From NCBI GenBank assembly GCA_951406725.2, contig OX597827.1:21824001-21888000 (forward strand): 64,000 nucleotides of DNA, read 5' to 3'. The notes below the pieces were generated by a model, which was not told the DNA's origin, did not search any database, and was given only the letters and a program-made list of their open reading frames with translations. A program made the position numbers and the translations under genes. Origin of the DNA: Octopus vulgaris (taxonomy: Eukaryota). Below are positions 1 to 13,609 of the stretch, in pieces (position 1 is the first letter of the stretch; each line of letters opens with the position of its first letter).

Positions 1-39
1 AAACAGACAAACAAACAAACAAAGTCAGATGTAATTGCA

Positions 40-302
40 AGAGAGGAGACTTTGCTGGTCTGGACATGTTGCATGTGAAGTATGATAAATGGGTAAGGAA
101 GAACCGAGAAATCCAAATGGAAGAGACTGGCAGATGAAGAATATGAGCAGGGGGAAATGTGGTGAAGGAGGGTCTCAGGAAAGTGAATCTTGTGAAGGAG
201 GTGAAAGAAGGATGGCAACAAGTGGTGAAATACTGCGATGGAGCAGACTTGACTGACCTGTGGAAAAGTGGACGCGGTGGAGGTGGCGACGATGACAATG
301 AC
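40..302 (+). mobile_element. RTE-clade LINE 3' fragment
   Basis: Degenerate translation RRLCWSGHVA..DKWVRK resembles the RTE ORF C-terminus (RRLRWxGHVxR); ends in a degenerate GAT/GAC tail. Confidence 0.5.
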
Positions 303-353
303 GTTCATAAACCTTTCTTGAAAATAAATTGTTAAACATTTGTTTACTTTCAG

Positions 354-545
354 TTTAAACCTGAATTATTTTCTGTTGTTGAGAAAAGCAATGAAATGTG
401 TGGCAAAAGCTGTGTTCCTCAGTTGATGGGTTGGAAGCATGTCCTCAGCTCAGTGGTCAGCAATGCTGAAGTAATCTCTTTGGCAAACTCCAAAACTCAC
501 CCTTTACTTTCAATGATGCCAACAAACTCTTTGCTTATGTCGCAG
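354..545 (+). CDS. MUN-domain (UNC13/Munc13-like) gene, first visible internal exon, phase 0-0
   Basis: tttcag| acceptor, CAG|gtgagt donor; open frame FKPELFSVVEKSNEMCGK...LLMSQ (64 codons). Confidence 0.85.
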
Positions 546-797
546 GTGAGTGATGCCATCTGTTGCTTAGTTTTACTTATTTCTTCCAAGTTCCTTCAAA
601 AATTGCAATTAATTCTAAGTTACTATGTAAATGGCTGTGTGGTGATGAAGTTTGCTTTACCATCAGATAGTTCTGGGTTCAATCCCACAGCACTGCACAT
701 TGGCTAATTTTTCAATAAAATTTCAATAAAATATTTATATTGTAGACATTTGTGTTGCCATGTTTAATTTTCCTTCTTAAATATTTCCGTTGTTTAG

Positions 798-1140
798 AAA
801 GAGATGGAACTGATTCTAAAATCCAAGCAGAAACAAGAAGACAAAGATGAAACATTCCAGAGATTATGTAAAGAAGCTGTTATCAGAAATTGTTGTAGAT
901 CTAATTCTTCTTATAACCAAATATCTGCAAGTTCTTTACATCTAGCTTTTAAGATGGAATCTAGTCTGCCCAGGTTAGTTTTGGATAAGATTTCAATATC
1001 AGACTCAACCGATGAACATTCGACCACAAATAGTGTGATATCTGTTTCTTCTTCATCTAGTGAAGATGAATTAGTCAAAGAGAGTAACCAAGTCTGGAAA
1101 CAGTTCCTGCAGAGTAAAGCAACTCCTTCAGATGAAGAAG
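798..1140 (+). CDS. MUN-domain gene exon, phase 0-1 (Ser/acidic linker)
   Basis: tgtttag| acceptor, GAAG|gtgatt donor; KEMELILKSK...ATPSDEE. Confidence 0.85.
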
Positions 1141-1209
1141 GTGATTCACTTTTTAAATATTTCCTTTTTTTTTAATATATTTTTATTGTTCAGTGCATGC
1201 AGAGCAAAG

Positions 1210-1460
1210 AGATGTATATACAGATATATATATATATATACATATACAGAAAGATGTATATACAGAAATGTATATACAAAGATATATATATACAGAGAGA
1301 TGTGTATACAGAGAGATGTATATATAGAGATGTATATACAGAGAGAGAGATATATATATACAGAGAGATGTATACACAGAGAGATGTATATACAGAGAGA
1401 TGTATATACAGATATATATATATACATACAGAGAGATGTATATACAGATATGTATATACA
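1210..1460. repeat. Compound AGAGAGATGTATATAC-type mini/microsatellite (intronic)
   Basis: Direct reading of imperfect tandem units; source of several spurious ORFs. Confidence 0.9.
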
Positions 1461-2436
1461 AAGACAGGAACCTTGAACAAAATTTTTATTACAGGTCTTT
1501 ATGTTCTATATTCTCTGAGAAAAATTGGATTAAACTGTACAATTTTCTTGTTTCTGTTTTTACGTTGGGGAGCTAAATGTGTGTGTGTGTGTGTGTATAA
1601 AGCGATGAAACTATATATCAGTGATGGTACCCCAAAAATATACCCAGGACACCCTGTAAAGTAGTTGGCAAATGAGAATGCATAGAGTTCTGAAGCCCCT
1701 TTATTCATAACACTAGTATTAGTGTCATGAAAAATTACTCTGTAAAGTGGTTGGCTATAGGAAGGGCTTCCAGTTGTAGGGACCAAAACCAAATGACACA
1801 TACAAACACCATTCTATGGAAGCAGCAGTTCCCAACAAGGAATTACTTGCACCACAATGACTCTTTTAATCCATGCCAACACAGAAGTCATATGGTAAAT
1901 GGCTGCTGCTGCTGCTGCTAACTGTGGTGGTGGTGGTGGTGGTGGTGGTGGTGGCAGCAGCATACAGTGTATGCAATAACATTTCATCATTAATATATTA
2001 AATATATCAAAGATATATTAAATAGATAAAGAATATATATATGAAATATATAACAGTTTTTTTTTAATAATATATAATGAAGTTGTGTGGAGGCATGGAG
2101 GGAGACATTGGGACCAGAAGCAAGGGTGGGAGAGTAACATCAGGACCAGAAAGAAGGGGAAATGACATTGGGGTCAAGAAGCAGGACATTTGAACAGCCT
2201 GTTTCTTTGTCGAGATATTGAAGGGAACGGATATGCGGAGGATATCTCTAGAAGGAGAGCAGTTTCTGGCCAGAGACAGGGGTTGTGTACACGTGTGGGT
2301 ATGACCATTGAGTTCTGCTGGTCCTTATGAAGCAAAGCTGGACACTCTGTTCTGGTCTTGGGGTAACAGTGTCTCTACTTTTGCTCTTCTTTGTTCATAT
2401 TTTTGCTCATCTTTTCTATTCATTTTTTTTAAACAG

Positions 2437-2750
2437 AAGCATATCACCAAACACCCTCCCACAAATGCAACCATTCTACTGCCAAATCAACTTATACAAA
2501 TGCAGATTCTTCAACCCAGAAAAGTCGGATTCAGTTATGTTTTGCTGCCGATTATGCTTCACTTCCCAAAGAAGAACAATTTGCTGTGTTTTTACCCATG
2601 TCCAGTTCTGTTATTGATATTATTACTCAACTAAATAGATTTCTTCATCTTGGAAAATACTGGCATCAAAGACTCTGTACCTCTCTCTCATCATGTAGCA
2701 AGTCTTGGATGAACTCTGGAACCATGGATTTATACAATACTTTTCTGGAA
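2437..2750 (+). CDS. MUN-domain gene exon, phase 1-0, MHD1-like motif
   Basis: tttaaacag| acceptor, GAA|gtaagt donor; MSSSVIDIITQLNRF resembles the Munc13 MHD1 motif (SCSVVDVFxQLNQSF). Confidence 0.9.
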
Positions 2751-4096
2751 GTAAGTAATTTTTTCAGTTTTTTTGCATCTTGCATTGTGATGTTCTTAAT
2801 ACAGTTTATTTATGGTTTAATAAGGAAAAAGGGCAGTGGCCATGATTCTTTGCAGAACTTCCAAGATTTTGGAGAGAAAGACTGGAGACTTAGTCTGGGT
2901 GCTGGCAATAGAGTAGACTCTACTAGTCAAGGACCAGGTGGGGTTGTTGAAGTGGGTGAAAACAGAGTGGACACCACAACAGATACTGTCCCACTGTTTT
3001 GTGTATCTTCCTTTAACTTAGCAGTTTATCAAGAAGAGACCAACAGAATACTTAAAATAATTACTTGGGTTGATTTACTTGACTAAAGCCTTCAAGACAG
3101 TGCCCCAGCATGGTCACAGTCCAATGGATGTGTAGCAAGTCGTAAAAGGTGGTAATATGATGTAATGGTCATGTTGCCCGAACAAGTATAATTGTTGGTC
3201 TCCCATTGGTTAAAATTACTGCCCCTATTTGAATTCCTAACTTTTGTCAAAGAGAATTCTTTCACGAAATACAGTTCTTAGAATTCAGGTATGAGCAGTT
3301 AAAAAACCCCTGATTTTTGGGAAATTGATCAGTGATCGTTGGTTGTCAATAGACTCCATGGCACTCACTCCTTTGAGATATTGGCTATTTTTATGCCATG
3401 CCTATTACTTAAATCCAACAAGACTTATTTGAATAGTTGTGTAAAGTCTGATAGTTTAGTATGAAAGAATTAGCTAGTATAAAATTTATTAACTCTCTGT
3501 GACAAATTGCTCTTCTTCTAAATGTATTGTAAATATTAAATGTACATAAATAAACCAATGAAGTAAATATTTTCTCTTTCTTCATTTTTTTCAATCTGTT
3601 AATGAAATTTATTCCTACAACTATGAAACTGTTTTTATAGTGGTGAAAAAGAACACAAACTTATCTTCAACATACATGCACATTCAACATGTCCGTTAAG
3701 CATCTTGATATATATTTCACTATGGCATTTATGTAGCTTGAGTTAAGATTTATGTATAGTGATAACACATATGATTAAGTTATAAGTGATGGGTTTATAA
3801 TATAGATTGCTACTCAAGAAATAAAATATATAAATAAGATAAAACACCCTTATAAAATGGTACCCGATCACCGTTATAAATGAAACCAAAAAATAAGGGA
3901 ATAAAATCATCTGTTGAACCATGATATTTAAATGTGGTGCTTAGAGTATCATTTGAAACCTTACCGGTTATTCTAGGAAATTGCTTCAAGTTCTCAAAGT
4001 CTTATTCTCATTATGTTTACTGTTATTGTCAATATATTTTCTGTTGTTAATACTCATTAACATCAATTCTGAAAGTCATTCAATTTAATATTACAG

Positions 4097-4189
4097 TTTG
4101 GAATACTTTTGATTGTTAATTATGCTCGGAGTCTGTTAAAAATAGATGCAGTCAATTTTTTGAAAGAAAATCCAAAAGCTGGAATGAAA
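4097..4189 (+). CDS. MUN-domain gene exon, phase 0-0
   Basis: ttacag| acceptor, AAA|gtaagt donor; FGILLIVNYARSLLKIDAVNFLKENPKAGMK. Confidence 0.85.
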
Positions 4190-4922
4190 GTAAGTTTATC
4201 TTTCTCATTGAAATTTTGCTAATTGTGAATGTATTTTGTATTATTGTCTTTTGAAGCCAGCAAAAGCTTGCAGAATTATTAACACACTGGGCAAAATGCT
4301 TACAGAATTTTGTCTTTATGTTCTAAGTTCAAATTCTGTTGAGGTCAACTTTACCTTTCATGGTTTTGGGGGTTGATGATGTACCAGTTGTGTGGTATCA
4401 GGAACAGTTCTGCTATTGGAAAATGTTGTGCTGACAAAGTTTATTGAGTGAAATTTGTATTTTGCAGACTGCTTAATAAGAACTGAATAATTCCAGGCAC
4501 CTATTTGAAACCATTCTTGTATTGAAACAAGAATTCTGTTTATTTTCCATTTAGACAAAGTTGAAAGTTACCATTTTTGTATGGATTAGCAAAACTCTGA
4601 ATTAATTAATAAATCTTAAAAGCAATAGATTGTGTCCTTCATGATATAAACGACACAACTTGTTGTTAAGAACATTTTAAGATACTGGTTTCAAATTTTA
4701 GCACAAGGCCAGCAGTTTTGGGGGCGGGGTAAGTCAATTTCAATGGGCTTCTTATTTTGTTGACCCTGAAAAGACGAAAGGCAAACTAGATTTTAGTGGA
4801 ATTTGAACTTAGAATGTAAAGATAGATGAAATGCCACTAAGCACTTTGCCTGGCATACTAATAACGCCACCATCTCTCACCATTTTGTGATACTAAGATC
4901 AAAATTAGAAATAAAATAGAAG

Positions 4923-5043
4923 CACATGGTTCTGGGTTCAGTCCCACTGTTTGGCACCTTGGGCAAGTGTCTTCTACTATAGCCTCGGGCTGACCAAAGC
5001 CTCGTGAGTGGATTTGGTAGATAGAAACTGAAAGAAGACCATC

Positions 5044-5084
<41 letters not shown>

Positions 5085-5617
5085 AGCACTGAGGCCGATG
5101 CCAGTGCTGAGCTGATACCAGCGCCGCCTTGACTGGCTTCCGTATCGGTGGCACATGAAAACCACCAACTGATCGTGGCCGTTGCCAGCCTCCCCTGGCA
5201 CCTGTGCCGGTGGCATGTAAAAAGCGCCCACTACACTCACGGAGTGGTTGGCATTAGGAAGGGCTTCCAGCTGTAGAAGCACTGCCAGATCAGACTGGAG
5301 CCTGGTGCAGCCTCCTGGCTTCCCAGACCCCGGTCGAACTGTTGAACCCATGCTAGCATGGAAAATGGACGTTAAACGATGATGATGATGATGATGATGA
5401 CGTGTGTGTGTGTGTCTGTGTTTGTATCCCCATCACCACTTGACTACTGGTGTGGGTGTGTTTACATCCCCATAACTTAGCAGTATGGCAAAAGACACCG
5501 ATAGAATAAGTACCAGGATTAAAAAATAATTACTGGGGTCGATTCATTTGACTAAAAATTCAAGGTGGTGCTCCAGCATGGCCACAGTCTAATGACTGAA
5601 ACAAGTAAAAGATAAGA
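4923..5617 (+). mobile_element. tRNA-derived SINE family A, interrupted at about 5083-5400 by an RTE-tail element
   Basis: Matches copies at 16392, 31303, 45241, 51796 and 54670; B-box-like GGGTTCAGTCCC; internal (TA)n/(TG)n. Confidence 0.8.
5083..5400 (+). mobile_element. Abundant RTE-associated retroelement 3' end with (GAT)n tail (family C)
   Basis: Similar copies at about 6899-7090, 11301-11600, 12767-12990, 18680-19046, 23970-24540 and 29030-29365, in both orientations. Confidence 0.8.
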
Positions 5618-5739
5618 TATTTACATCTACACAGTTTTGATTGGTTGGTAGATGACTGGAGATCTGATTGGTTGAAATATAAGGAAGGTAATTAAAACAT
5701 TTTCATTTCTAAAGATTACATTTAAAAAAATAAATAAAT

Positions 5740-5962
5740 GTGCCCTTTTTAAAGCCTAGCCAGGCTCATGGGCCCAGTTTCTATGGTGTATTTGTTTCCC
5801 AGTCCATCGCAGCGTTACTCATTTTTGCCATCTGAGTGGACTGGAGCAACATGAAGTGAGGTGTTTTGCTCAAGGACACAACGCATCGTGCGGTCCAGGA
5901 ATCGAAACCACAATCTTACGATCATGATGCTGACACCCTAACCACTAAGCCGCGGGCCTCCA
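5740..5962 (-). mobile_element. tRNA-derived SINE family D
   Basis: Minus strand has A-box-like GCGGCTTAGTGG, B-box-like GGTTTCGATTCC and a TGTGTCCTTGAGCAA core; related remnant near 18430-18680. Confidence 0.7.
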
Positions 5963-6126
5963 CAAAGATTACATTAACAACCCAAAAGAAATTGCAATTT
6001 CTAAAAAATTTAATTTTGTGAAGAATATGACTATGCTTCGGTCGCTGTAAGCAGCTGGCATGGATAATATTTCTCAACATTATTTGAAGGCTGAAATCTG
6101 CATGAAATCTATATTCTTCATTTCAG

Positions 6127-6234
6127 ATTCCAAGTGACACAATTTTGAGAGATTCTGACCAACTTTTCAAGAATTTTCAAACGAAAAATTCACTTCTATA
6201 CCAACAGTTCTCATCATTCTATTTTACAAAAAAA
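6127..6234 (+). CDS. MUN-domain gene exon, phase 0-0
   Basis: tttcag| acceptor, AAA|gtaagt donor; IPSDTILRDSDQLFKNFQ...FYFTKK. Confidence 0.85.
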
Positions 6235-7271
6235 GTAAGTTTATTAATTTTGTTTTCATAAATTAGCTGTCAATTTCTTCAATTAATTCTCAACAAGCTT
6301 ATTACATAATTTAAACCTTCATTACTTAACTGGAACCCTTCTTATGTAAACAAAATCCTTATTACATAAAATCCTTATTAACAACTTTGTCAATGAATCA
6401 GTTCTTTGAATAGACTTGGGTTTCTGAATTTTAAGTTAATAATCGAAGAGATACTGTTATTAAGTGGAATGGTAAATAATTGGAGAGGGTAATGGTAACA
6501 ATGTTTCAGAGACTTTCTTCAGCTGTGAAGGGATTTTGTTTGCCCAATGAAAAGAACATATCCTAGACATCAATAATTGCAATGAACAATTTTTCTAAAT
6601 CTTTTTTGAAATTCAATAACCTCAGATGCACAGAAATGTGTGAGAACACAATCTGGAAGACTCTAGGGAGGTGTCAGTGTTAGGAGGGGAGTCAGTCTTA
6701 ATTTAAAGGGAAGGGTCTAATAAGCTAAACTGACAAAAATATTGAATGCAATTAAATCAGGATTAAATACAATTAAACTTGTCTTTGACCTGGTTCTCTC
6801 CAGAAATTCTTCTCATAAACTCTGCTGAACATTCCTTCTAAACCAAAGATGGCTTTGGTCAAGTGGCATGAGAATTTCTTTTCAGTAGATGAAGAATCAT
6901 CATCATCATTTAACATCCATTTCCCATGCTGGCACATGGCTTGGATGGTTTGACATGTGATGCCTAGGCCAGCAGGGCTGCACCAGACTCCAATTATCTG
7001 CTTGGCAGGGTTTCTACAGCTGGATGCCCTCCCTAATGCCAGCCACTTTACAGAGTGTACTGGGTGCTTTTTACATGGCACCGGCACAGGTGCTCCTCAC
7101 ATGATGTTGGTAGATGCAAGAATCACTTTAAAGATAGTTTCATAATTTCATCGGAAGGTTTCTAAATCTTCACGAAGATCTGCGGGTGGTCACACTTAGG
7201 CTGTCATAAGTGTTTTAAATACTGCTTGAATAAAACAATTTCTCAATAATTTAATATTTCTTAAAATGTAG

Positions 7272-7349
7272 GTTGAAACCAGAGAGAAAATCCTCACAGA
7301 AATACAACACTTGATTGAAATGGTAGTAAAAGATCGTTATTCTAAACAG
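7272..7349 (+). CDS. MUN-domain gene exon, phase 0-0
   Basis: tgtag| acceptor, CAG|gtaact donor; VETREKILTEIQHLIEMVVKDRYSKQ (amphipathic helix). Confidence 0.85.
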
Positions 7350-8608
7350 GTAACTTTTTATATTCTTCATATATGTGACCGTCTCCACAGAATTACATTT
7401 GTAGCAGAATTTTAGGCCCAACAATTATTAACAATTACTAAAATTTTCTCCATAACTGTAGCTTGGAGCTGGAATTAAAACATATTCAAGACCATTCTAG
7501 CACTCACAATCAAAATATCAACATTTTCAGTTGTGTAATAATATGAAATTAGTTACCCAACATACTAAGAAATAAGCATACTCAATTTCATTTACACCAA
7601 ATAATTTAGGAAGATGACTGGGTTATTTCCCTTGGCTATATATAAGGATCCATTCCAGGGGACCTATTATCGATTTTTTTTTTCAACAATCTGAGTATGC
7701 CATGAGGTTTCCAAACATGAGTTCTACTCACTGATGGGAACCACTGATCTAGATCATTCATTTTAAAAGAGAAAGTATCATCAAAATCGATAAAACGATG
7801 TAGGAGGACTTAGCTAACAACTCCACAAACATATCCACAGATAGAATTTCCCATATATGTAGTAGATATATATATATGAGATTTTGAATTTAATTCACAG
7901 ACTCCCCACCCCCTGCCCCAGTACTACCTTTGCGCACCGCCAGGAGTCCGAAGACCCCAGGTTGGGAACCATTGATCTAGATTGAAACCTTCCATCAAAA
8001 TTTCATATTAATTTAGGTTTCAAACACCAGCTAAATATAATTAATTTTCTAAATTCTTCATTATTTTCAAAAGTAATTGAAAGAAAGGCAGTGGCTACCC
8101 ACTGAAATGTGGTTAGGAAATGGTTAAGGAATTTTATCTTCCAAATAAAAGATAAAATATGGTTAAGGAATTTTATCTTCCAAATAAGAGATAGAATTGT
8201 AACAAAATCACCATTCCAATTATCTGTTTGGTGGAATGAAACAGCAATTTTGCAGGATGCCTTCAAATAGAGTAATTCTGAGCAGCTTTACAAACCATTA
8301 TTGTCTTGGAACTTCTATGGTTGGAATGAGAATGATATATCCAGAAACCTGGGTCCGTGTGTATCACGTCAGGCTGGAGATGGGAACGATGACTTCCCTT
8401 TGCAAATACTGATAGGGCACAGATAGTGTGTCAATAGCCAGCTGGAGGAGATGTCTTCCTGGGACTACAAGCTACAGTAGCATCAACCCTTAAGGGTTAG
8501 CCACATTTAGGTGGAAAATATACTTCATGATGTCGTGCAGCTACTGTTTATACCTCGTTCAGAGATTTATTATTAATAATTATAATGATAATGGCTTTTC
8601 TTTTTCAG

Positions 8609-8720
8609 TTATGTGTCCGGTTAAACAATCTGTCAATGCTGGTGAAGTTGATGTCAGTATATTGTGAATCCCTTACACGTATCTTCCATGTGAAGAAAAT
8701 AAAAATCTCTTTAAATTCTG
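8609..8720 (+). CDS. MUN-domain gene exon, phase 0-1
   Basis: tttttcag| acceptor, CTG|gtaaaa donor; LCVRLNNLSML resembles the Munc13-family LCxxxNNxxxxR motif after MHD1. Confidence 0.9.
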
Positions 8721-9408
8721 GTAAAATATTTCCTTATTGATTTCTATATATTCAGTTGTTTTTCTTATTCTTAAAACTCATAAAACTATTCAACAGACAT
8801 TTATGCTTTCCTGGTGAGATCCACTAACAGTGAAACATGTCCACAGTTATTACACTCCCTGCTTACAAAGATCAGATTTTCCCATTAATCCTTTACTGTT
8901 CAAATTAATATGTCAAAAGTAATCCTTATTCATTTACATATTTAAAAATCAATCTGGTATTATCTTGTAGCTTCAAGATTTGAAAGATGTAATTGTTTAT
9001 TTTTAGAATGACATTGCAGGGTAGGTGTGAGATACTGGTTCTGGCCAGTCTGAGCATAAAATGAGTAGAATATTTAGGCCAGATATAGCCGGTTTAAACA
9101 CTAAAGGGTTAAACTTAAATATTAAATTTCCTGTGAAATTAATACTTAAATTTTTGAAATTATGTCCATTTTTTGGGGAGTCATTAACATCTGCCATTAG
9201 ATGTCTTTTTCTCTTATTACATGACACTTTTATTCAATATGAACTTTATTATGTATATCATTTAATATCTTTTCACCTACACTACCAATCATATAGTTAT
9301 CATCAAACTCCTTGACATTTAACTAATTAATAGTCTGTATTTCAAGAAAGGTTTCATATAAGCCAAATTTTAGGGAGTCGTGCAAATTATCTGTAATGTT
9401 ATATATAA

Positions 9409-9640
9409 GTGGAGGCACATGGCCTAATGGTTAGAGCAGCGAACTCGCTGTCGAGGGATCACAAGTTCGAATCTTGAATCTTGGGCGATGTGTGTGTTTA
9501 TGAGCGAAACACTTAAGCTCCACACGGCTCTGGCAGAAAGTAATGGTGAGCTTCTGCTGACTCTTTCGCCACAACTTTCTCTCTTAAATGGCAGTGCCCT
9601 AGCATGGCCACAGCTCGTGAGCTGAAACTAGATGAAAATA
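9409..9640 (+). mobile_element. tRNA-derived SINE family E
   Basis: A-box TGGCCTAATGG, B-box GTTCGAATC; second copy inverted at 44346-44618. Confidence 0.75.
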
Positions 9641-10036
9641 TTGGAATATTGTTGTTGTCAACCTGCTGAATTCTTGCAAAATCTTCCATACCAAAATGAG
9701 ATTTTGATCAAGATTTTAATTTGATTACAAACACTTTAGTGTGGGTGTTTTCAGATGGTTTAGCTTTAAAATGGTTTCAATACCCAGATCTAGAGACATA
9801 TCACATACATGCCAAGAGAGAGAGAGGGAAAATTTATTAAATTACTAAAACATGAACTTTAATAATTTCAAACATTTAAAATTGAATTCTGATTAAGAAT
9901 ATTTCAATTTTATTTTCTGGAATTAAATAAAACAATTGAATTTACAAAATTATTTTAATTCCACAAACAAAAAAAATCATTGTATGGTGTTAAATAAAAC
10001 AATTTTTCACTTAAAAAACAAATGTTCACCTGTTAA

Positions 10037-10255
10037 CCCTTTTGATACCAACCCAGCTGAAACCAGCTCTGGCTCTGTAGTACAAATGTCTTATTTTCAA
10101 AAATTCTGAACTGAAATCTTCCAGCAAACCCTTGTCATAATTTACATTCCTAACACTAGCTGAATGATAACTAAGTTATTTTACTAAATTCTTTGTTATA
10201 TTTAAAGTAATTGAAAGAAACAGAGTATCTCAACAGAAATACAGTAACAAAAGGG
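10037..10255. mobile_element. piggyBac-type MITE
   Basis: TTAA|CCCTTTTG ... CAAAAGGG|TTAA termini; inverted copy at 30178-30397. Confidence 0.85.
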
Positions 10256-10571
10256 TTAAAATGACCAATGGCTTGGAGCCCATCAGAGACCTTTTCACTT
10301 TTCTCTCCTAAACTGTTTCTTCCCATCTCCATCTGTTTATGTTAAATTCAGCAGAATTTATTTTACTTCTAATTTAAAATTTATTTAGAAAAATATATTC
10401 CAGCAGAGTATGGAGTTAATGTTTGATATACAATTGATTTATTATAATTTCATGATCTGAGGTGTCTTATAGTCATTTTAGGTTTAATCAAAACATGTAT
10501 AGGCCTTGTGAATTATAGAAGTGTGTATATGTTAGTTGTATGTATTTTAAATGTATTAGATTTGTATGTGT

Positions 10572-10589
<18 letters not shown>

Positions 10590-10608
<19 letters not shown>

Positions 10609-10965
10609 AATGATTGTATACAGTGCTCAGGTGCACCACAACTTGTGAAAAAGTGCGTATAAAGTATATGCAGTAATGTACAAATGTCTGGAAAGCGAAC
10701 AGTGTATCAGTCAGATACATGCTTGTGTGTGTATGGAGGGGAGAATATCAGGTGCAGTGTTGGTGAATCTCAAGAAGCATGGAAGTTTTGAAGGATGCAG
10801 TGCTCCGACAACTAACAACTGATACCGGCAGTTTGTTCCATGCTTCAGCAACTCTCAGCATGAAAAAATGTTTCTGAAAGTCATGGGAGCCGTGCTGTTT
10901 TCTGTCTTTGTAAACATGTCCACCGCTGTTAGACAGGTGGAGTTTGAAAAGGTGCTCAGAGTTAT
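10590..10965 (-). mobile_element. CR1-like LINE 3' end
   Basis: Minus-strand translation KHFFMLRVAEAWNKLPVSVVSCRSTASFK is the typical CR1/L2 ORF2 C-terminal motif; ends at (TAA)n. Confidence 0.8.
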
Positions 10966-11156
10966 TGTATTTATTTTATTGTTATTTATGTTATATGTGT
11001 ATGTTAAATGTATGTGTGTGTATGCGTGCTTAAGATGGATATGTTACTTGCATGTATGTTAACTGTATGTGTATCTTAGATGCATGCAGGTGAGATGTAT
11101 GTACATGTCAATTTTCATTTTAACAATTTGTGACATGAAATATTTTCTTTCATTAG

Positions 11157-11269
11157 AAACCCCAGAAAACTATTGTTGTAAACTACCCCATGTTGTTAAC
11201 TGGTTGTGTCACTGTCAGGAAGAACTCTCCAAGATTTGGGTTACTCAATGCAAAATACTTGCTTCAATG
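11157..11269 (+). CDS. MUN-domain gene exon, phase 1-0
   Basis: ttcattag| acceptor, ATG|gtaaaa donor; ETPENYCCKLPHVVNWL...CKILASM; supplies the phase change required by the flanking exons. Confidence 0.85.
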
Positions 11270-12574
11270 GTAAAATTAACTTTATTTCATAAAATATTTA
11301 TCATCATCATTATCATCATCATTTAACGTCCTTTGTCCATGCTGACATGGGTTAGACGGTTTGACTGGGCTGGCATGCTGGAAGGCTATGCCAGGCTCCA
11401 GTCTGATTTGGCATGGTTTTCTACGGCTGGATGCCCTTCGTAACACCGACCACTCCGAGAGTGTAATGGGTGGTTTTACGTGCCACTAGCATGGGTGCCA
11501 TTTGTGTGACATCGGTATCTCCCACGACTGAGATTTTGCTCAACTTGATGGGTCTTCTTCTCAAGCACGACATAATGCCAAAGGTCTTGGTCATTGCTTC
11601 TAAGATGCCCTACACTTGAAAGGAACATCATGTAAATTTAAACTGTAGAAGTGGTAAAAGATAGAAAAAAGCAAGAGACTGATAACAATAATCTACACCA
11701 GTCTCAGTTGTTCTCTGCAAAATCTTTATATTTCTCAGCACCCAATTTAGTTTACTAAGACTAGTGGTATTCATTTTGTCTCCATATCTAAACTAATTTG
11801 GGGGCTAAAGGATAGTAACAAAGTATATTCGATTGGCTGGGAAATAACGAGTAATAACGAGTAAGGCAAAACCTTATAGAATAGGCAATTATAAATGTGA
11901 CCTTTGTGTGGGAGTACTAGATTTTCAATTTTAAATTTACTCTTATAAACACCAGACACGAACAGGCCCTAAGATGGTTACACTTGAGAAAATAACCATT
12001 TAAATAATTTAAATAAACACAACTCACCATCTATAGTAATTATGCTAGTTATGATTATAATAATGAATAATATTTATGCTAATAATACTACTATTGATAT
12101 TAATAATAATAATAACAATAATATCAATTGAGGGTATAAACGCAATATAAGTAGAATACCTCTGAATAAATAATGTACTCCATACAGCAACATGTAAACG
12201 AAACTGCTCCAATTAATAGAAATCTGAAAAAACCTTTTTAAAACGATGCTTTGAATTATAAGAAAAGCAGAGGTAAGACCTGAATAAGACCAGAATTTCA
12301 TTGAATATAAAACATTGTTACGTTCAGCTGAATACCAACACAACACAAGACATTTGTTTGAATCAGTTCACTTTGAAAACATTGTGAGTGAGGGAACCTT
12401 GATGAAATTGTAATGACTAGGATGCATAATTGCATACAAAGCAATGTACACTCGCTGCAGTCAAAATGTGTGTTAGTCAGCTCTTTATGCTGGAGAAGAC
12501 TTTTAAATAAAGAAGTTTTCGGATATGAAATTTCATATATGATAGATCGTTAGCCACTACACACATTTTTTTCT

Positions 12575-12722
12575 CTCCTTGTTTTTTTCTGTATCCCTTT
12601 CTGTAGAAGAGCGTAGGCTCGAAACGTAAAAGACTTTTCCAATTCCTGAGCATTATACTAATACATCTGTTTGTTTTGTACACCACCTATCTTCATCTTT
12701 TGTTTTTTCGTAAACTCTCCCT
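12575..12722 (+). mobile_element. Penelope-like terminal remnant with hammerhead-like motif
   Basis: CTGTAGAA-GAGC-gtag-GCTC-GAAACGTA next to (TA)n; inverted related copy at about 19087-19230. Confidence 0.55.
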
Positions 12723-13029
12723 ATATATATATATATATATGTACACACACACGCACACATACATAATCATCATCATTTAATGTCCGTTTTCCATGCTGGC
12801 ATGGGTTGGATGGTTCAGCTGGGGTCTGGGAAGCCATGAAGCCGCACCAGGCTCCAGTCTGATCTGGCAGTGTTTCTACAGTTGGATGCTCTTCCTAATG
12901 CCAACCACTCTGAGAGTGTAGTGGGTGCTTTTTACATGCCACTGGCACAGGGGCCAGAGGGGGCTGGCAACAACCACGGCACCGAAGCCAGTCAAAGCAG
13001 TGATATGTGTATGTGTGTGTGTATGTGTA

Positions 13030-13608
13030 TCTATATCGCTATTATTGGCGGCGGCAGCAGAAAGGATCGATGGGCCACACTTTCGTGGTCCGTATTTGTA
13101 CTGAGGATAGCTTCCTTAATTCTTAGATTACTCAAATTTCTATCACCACAACTCAGCCTATTGCACCGACACAGATGAACAGGACACGTCCACTGAGCGA
13201 GATAACACTGACATCGAGTACTCCAGCACACCATCAACAACGAAATGCCTAGTCACAGACTTGAGTGGGTCACTCTCTCATGAAGAACTAGAACTTCTCA
13301 GTCTGGGCCCTAAATTTATCTTGAGTCAACAGCTGAACATGAAAATCTTATTCAACCTGGAAGCTAACTTTTGTCGAACAGCCTACCAACTCGAATGGCT
13401 ATCAGTGATAAAGAAGAACAACACACTCGGCAAATTTCCCATGTACCAACTTGACCACCCACTCCACCCACCCCCAACCAACCGAAAACACAACTAGAAA
13501 CTATCCAGACTGAAACAGTCTATCTCCAACATCTTAAGGAAGGAATCGAAAATAACTCCAAACTTAACCAAGGCACAATATGAAACACTGACCAAACTAA
13601 AAAACAAT
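13030..13608 (+). mobile_element. Penelope-like element N-terminal ORF fragment
   Basis: LSHEELELLSLGPKF matches the PLE pre-RT motif LSxxExxLLxxGxxF; broken by stops. Confidence 0.65.
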
Positions 13609-13609
13609 T

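Noticed and set aside
9409-9485. tRNA gene (also considered at 5880-5962, 44545-44618 and other SINE heads)
   Set aside because: A/B boxes are present, but there is no complete cloverleaf and each continues into a repeated SINE body.
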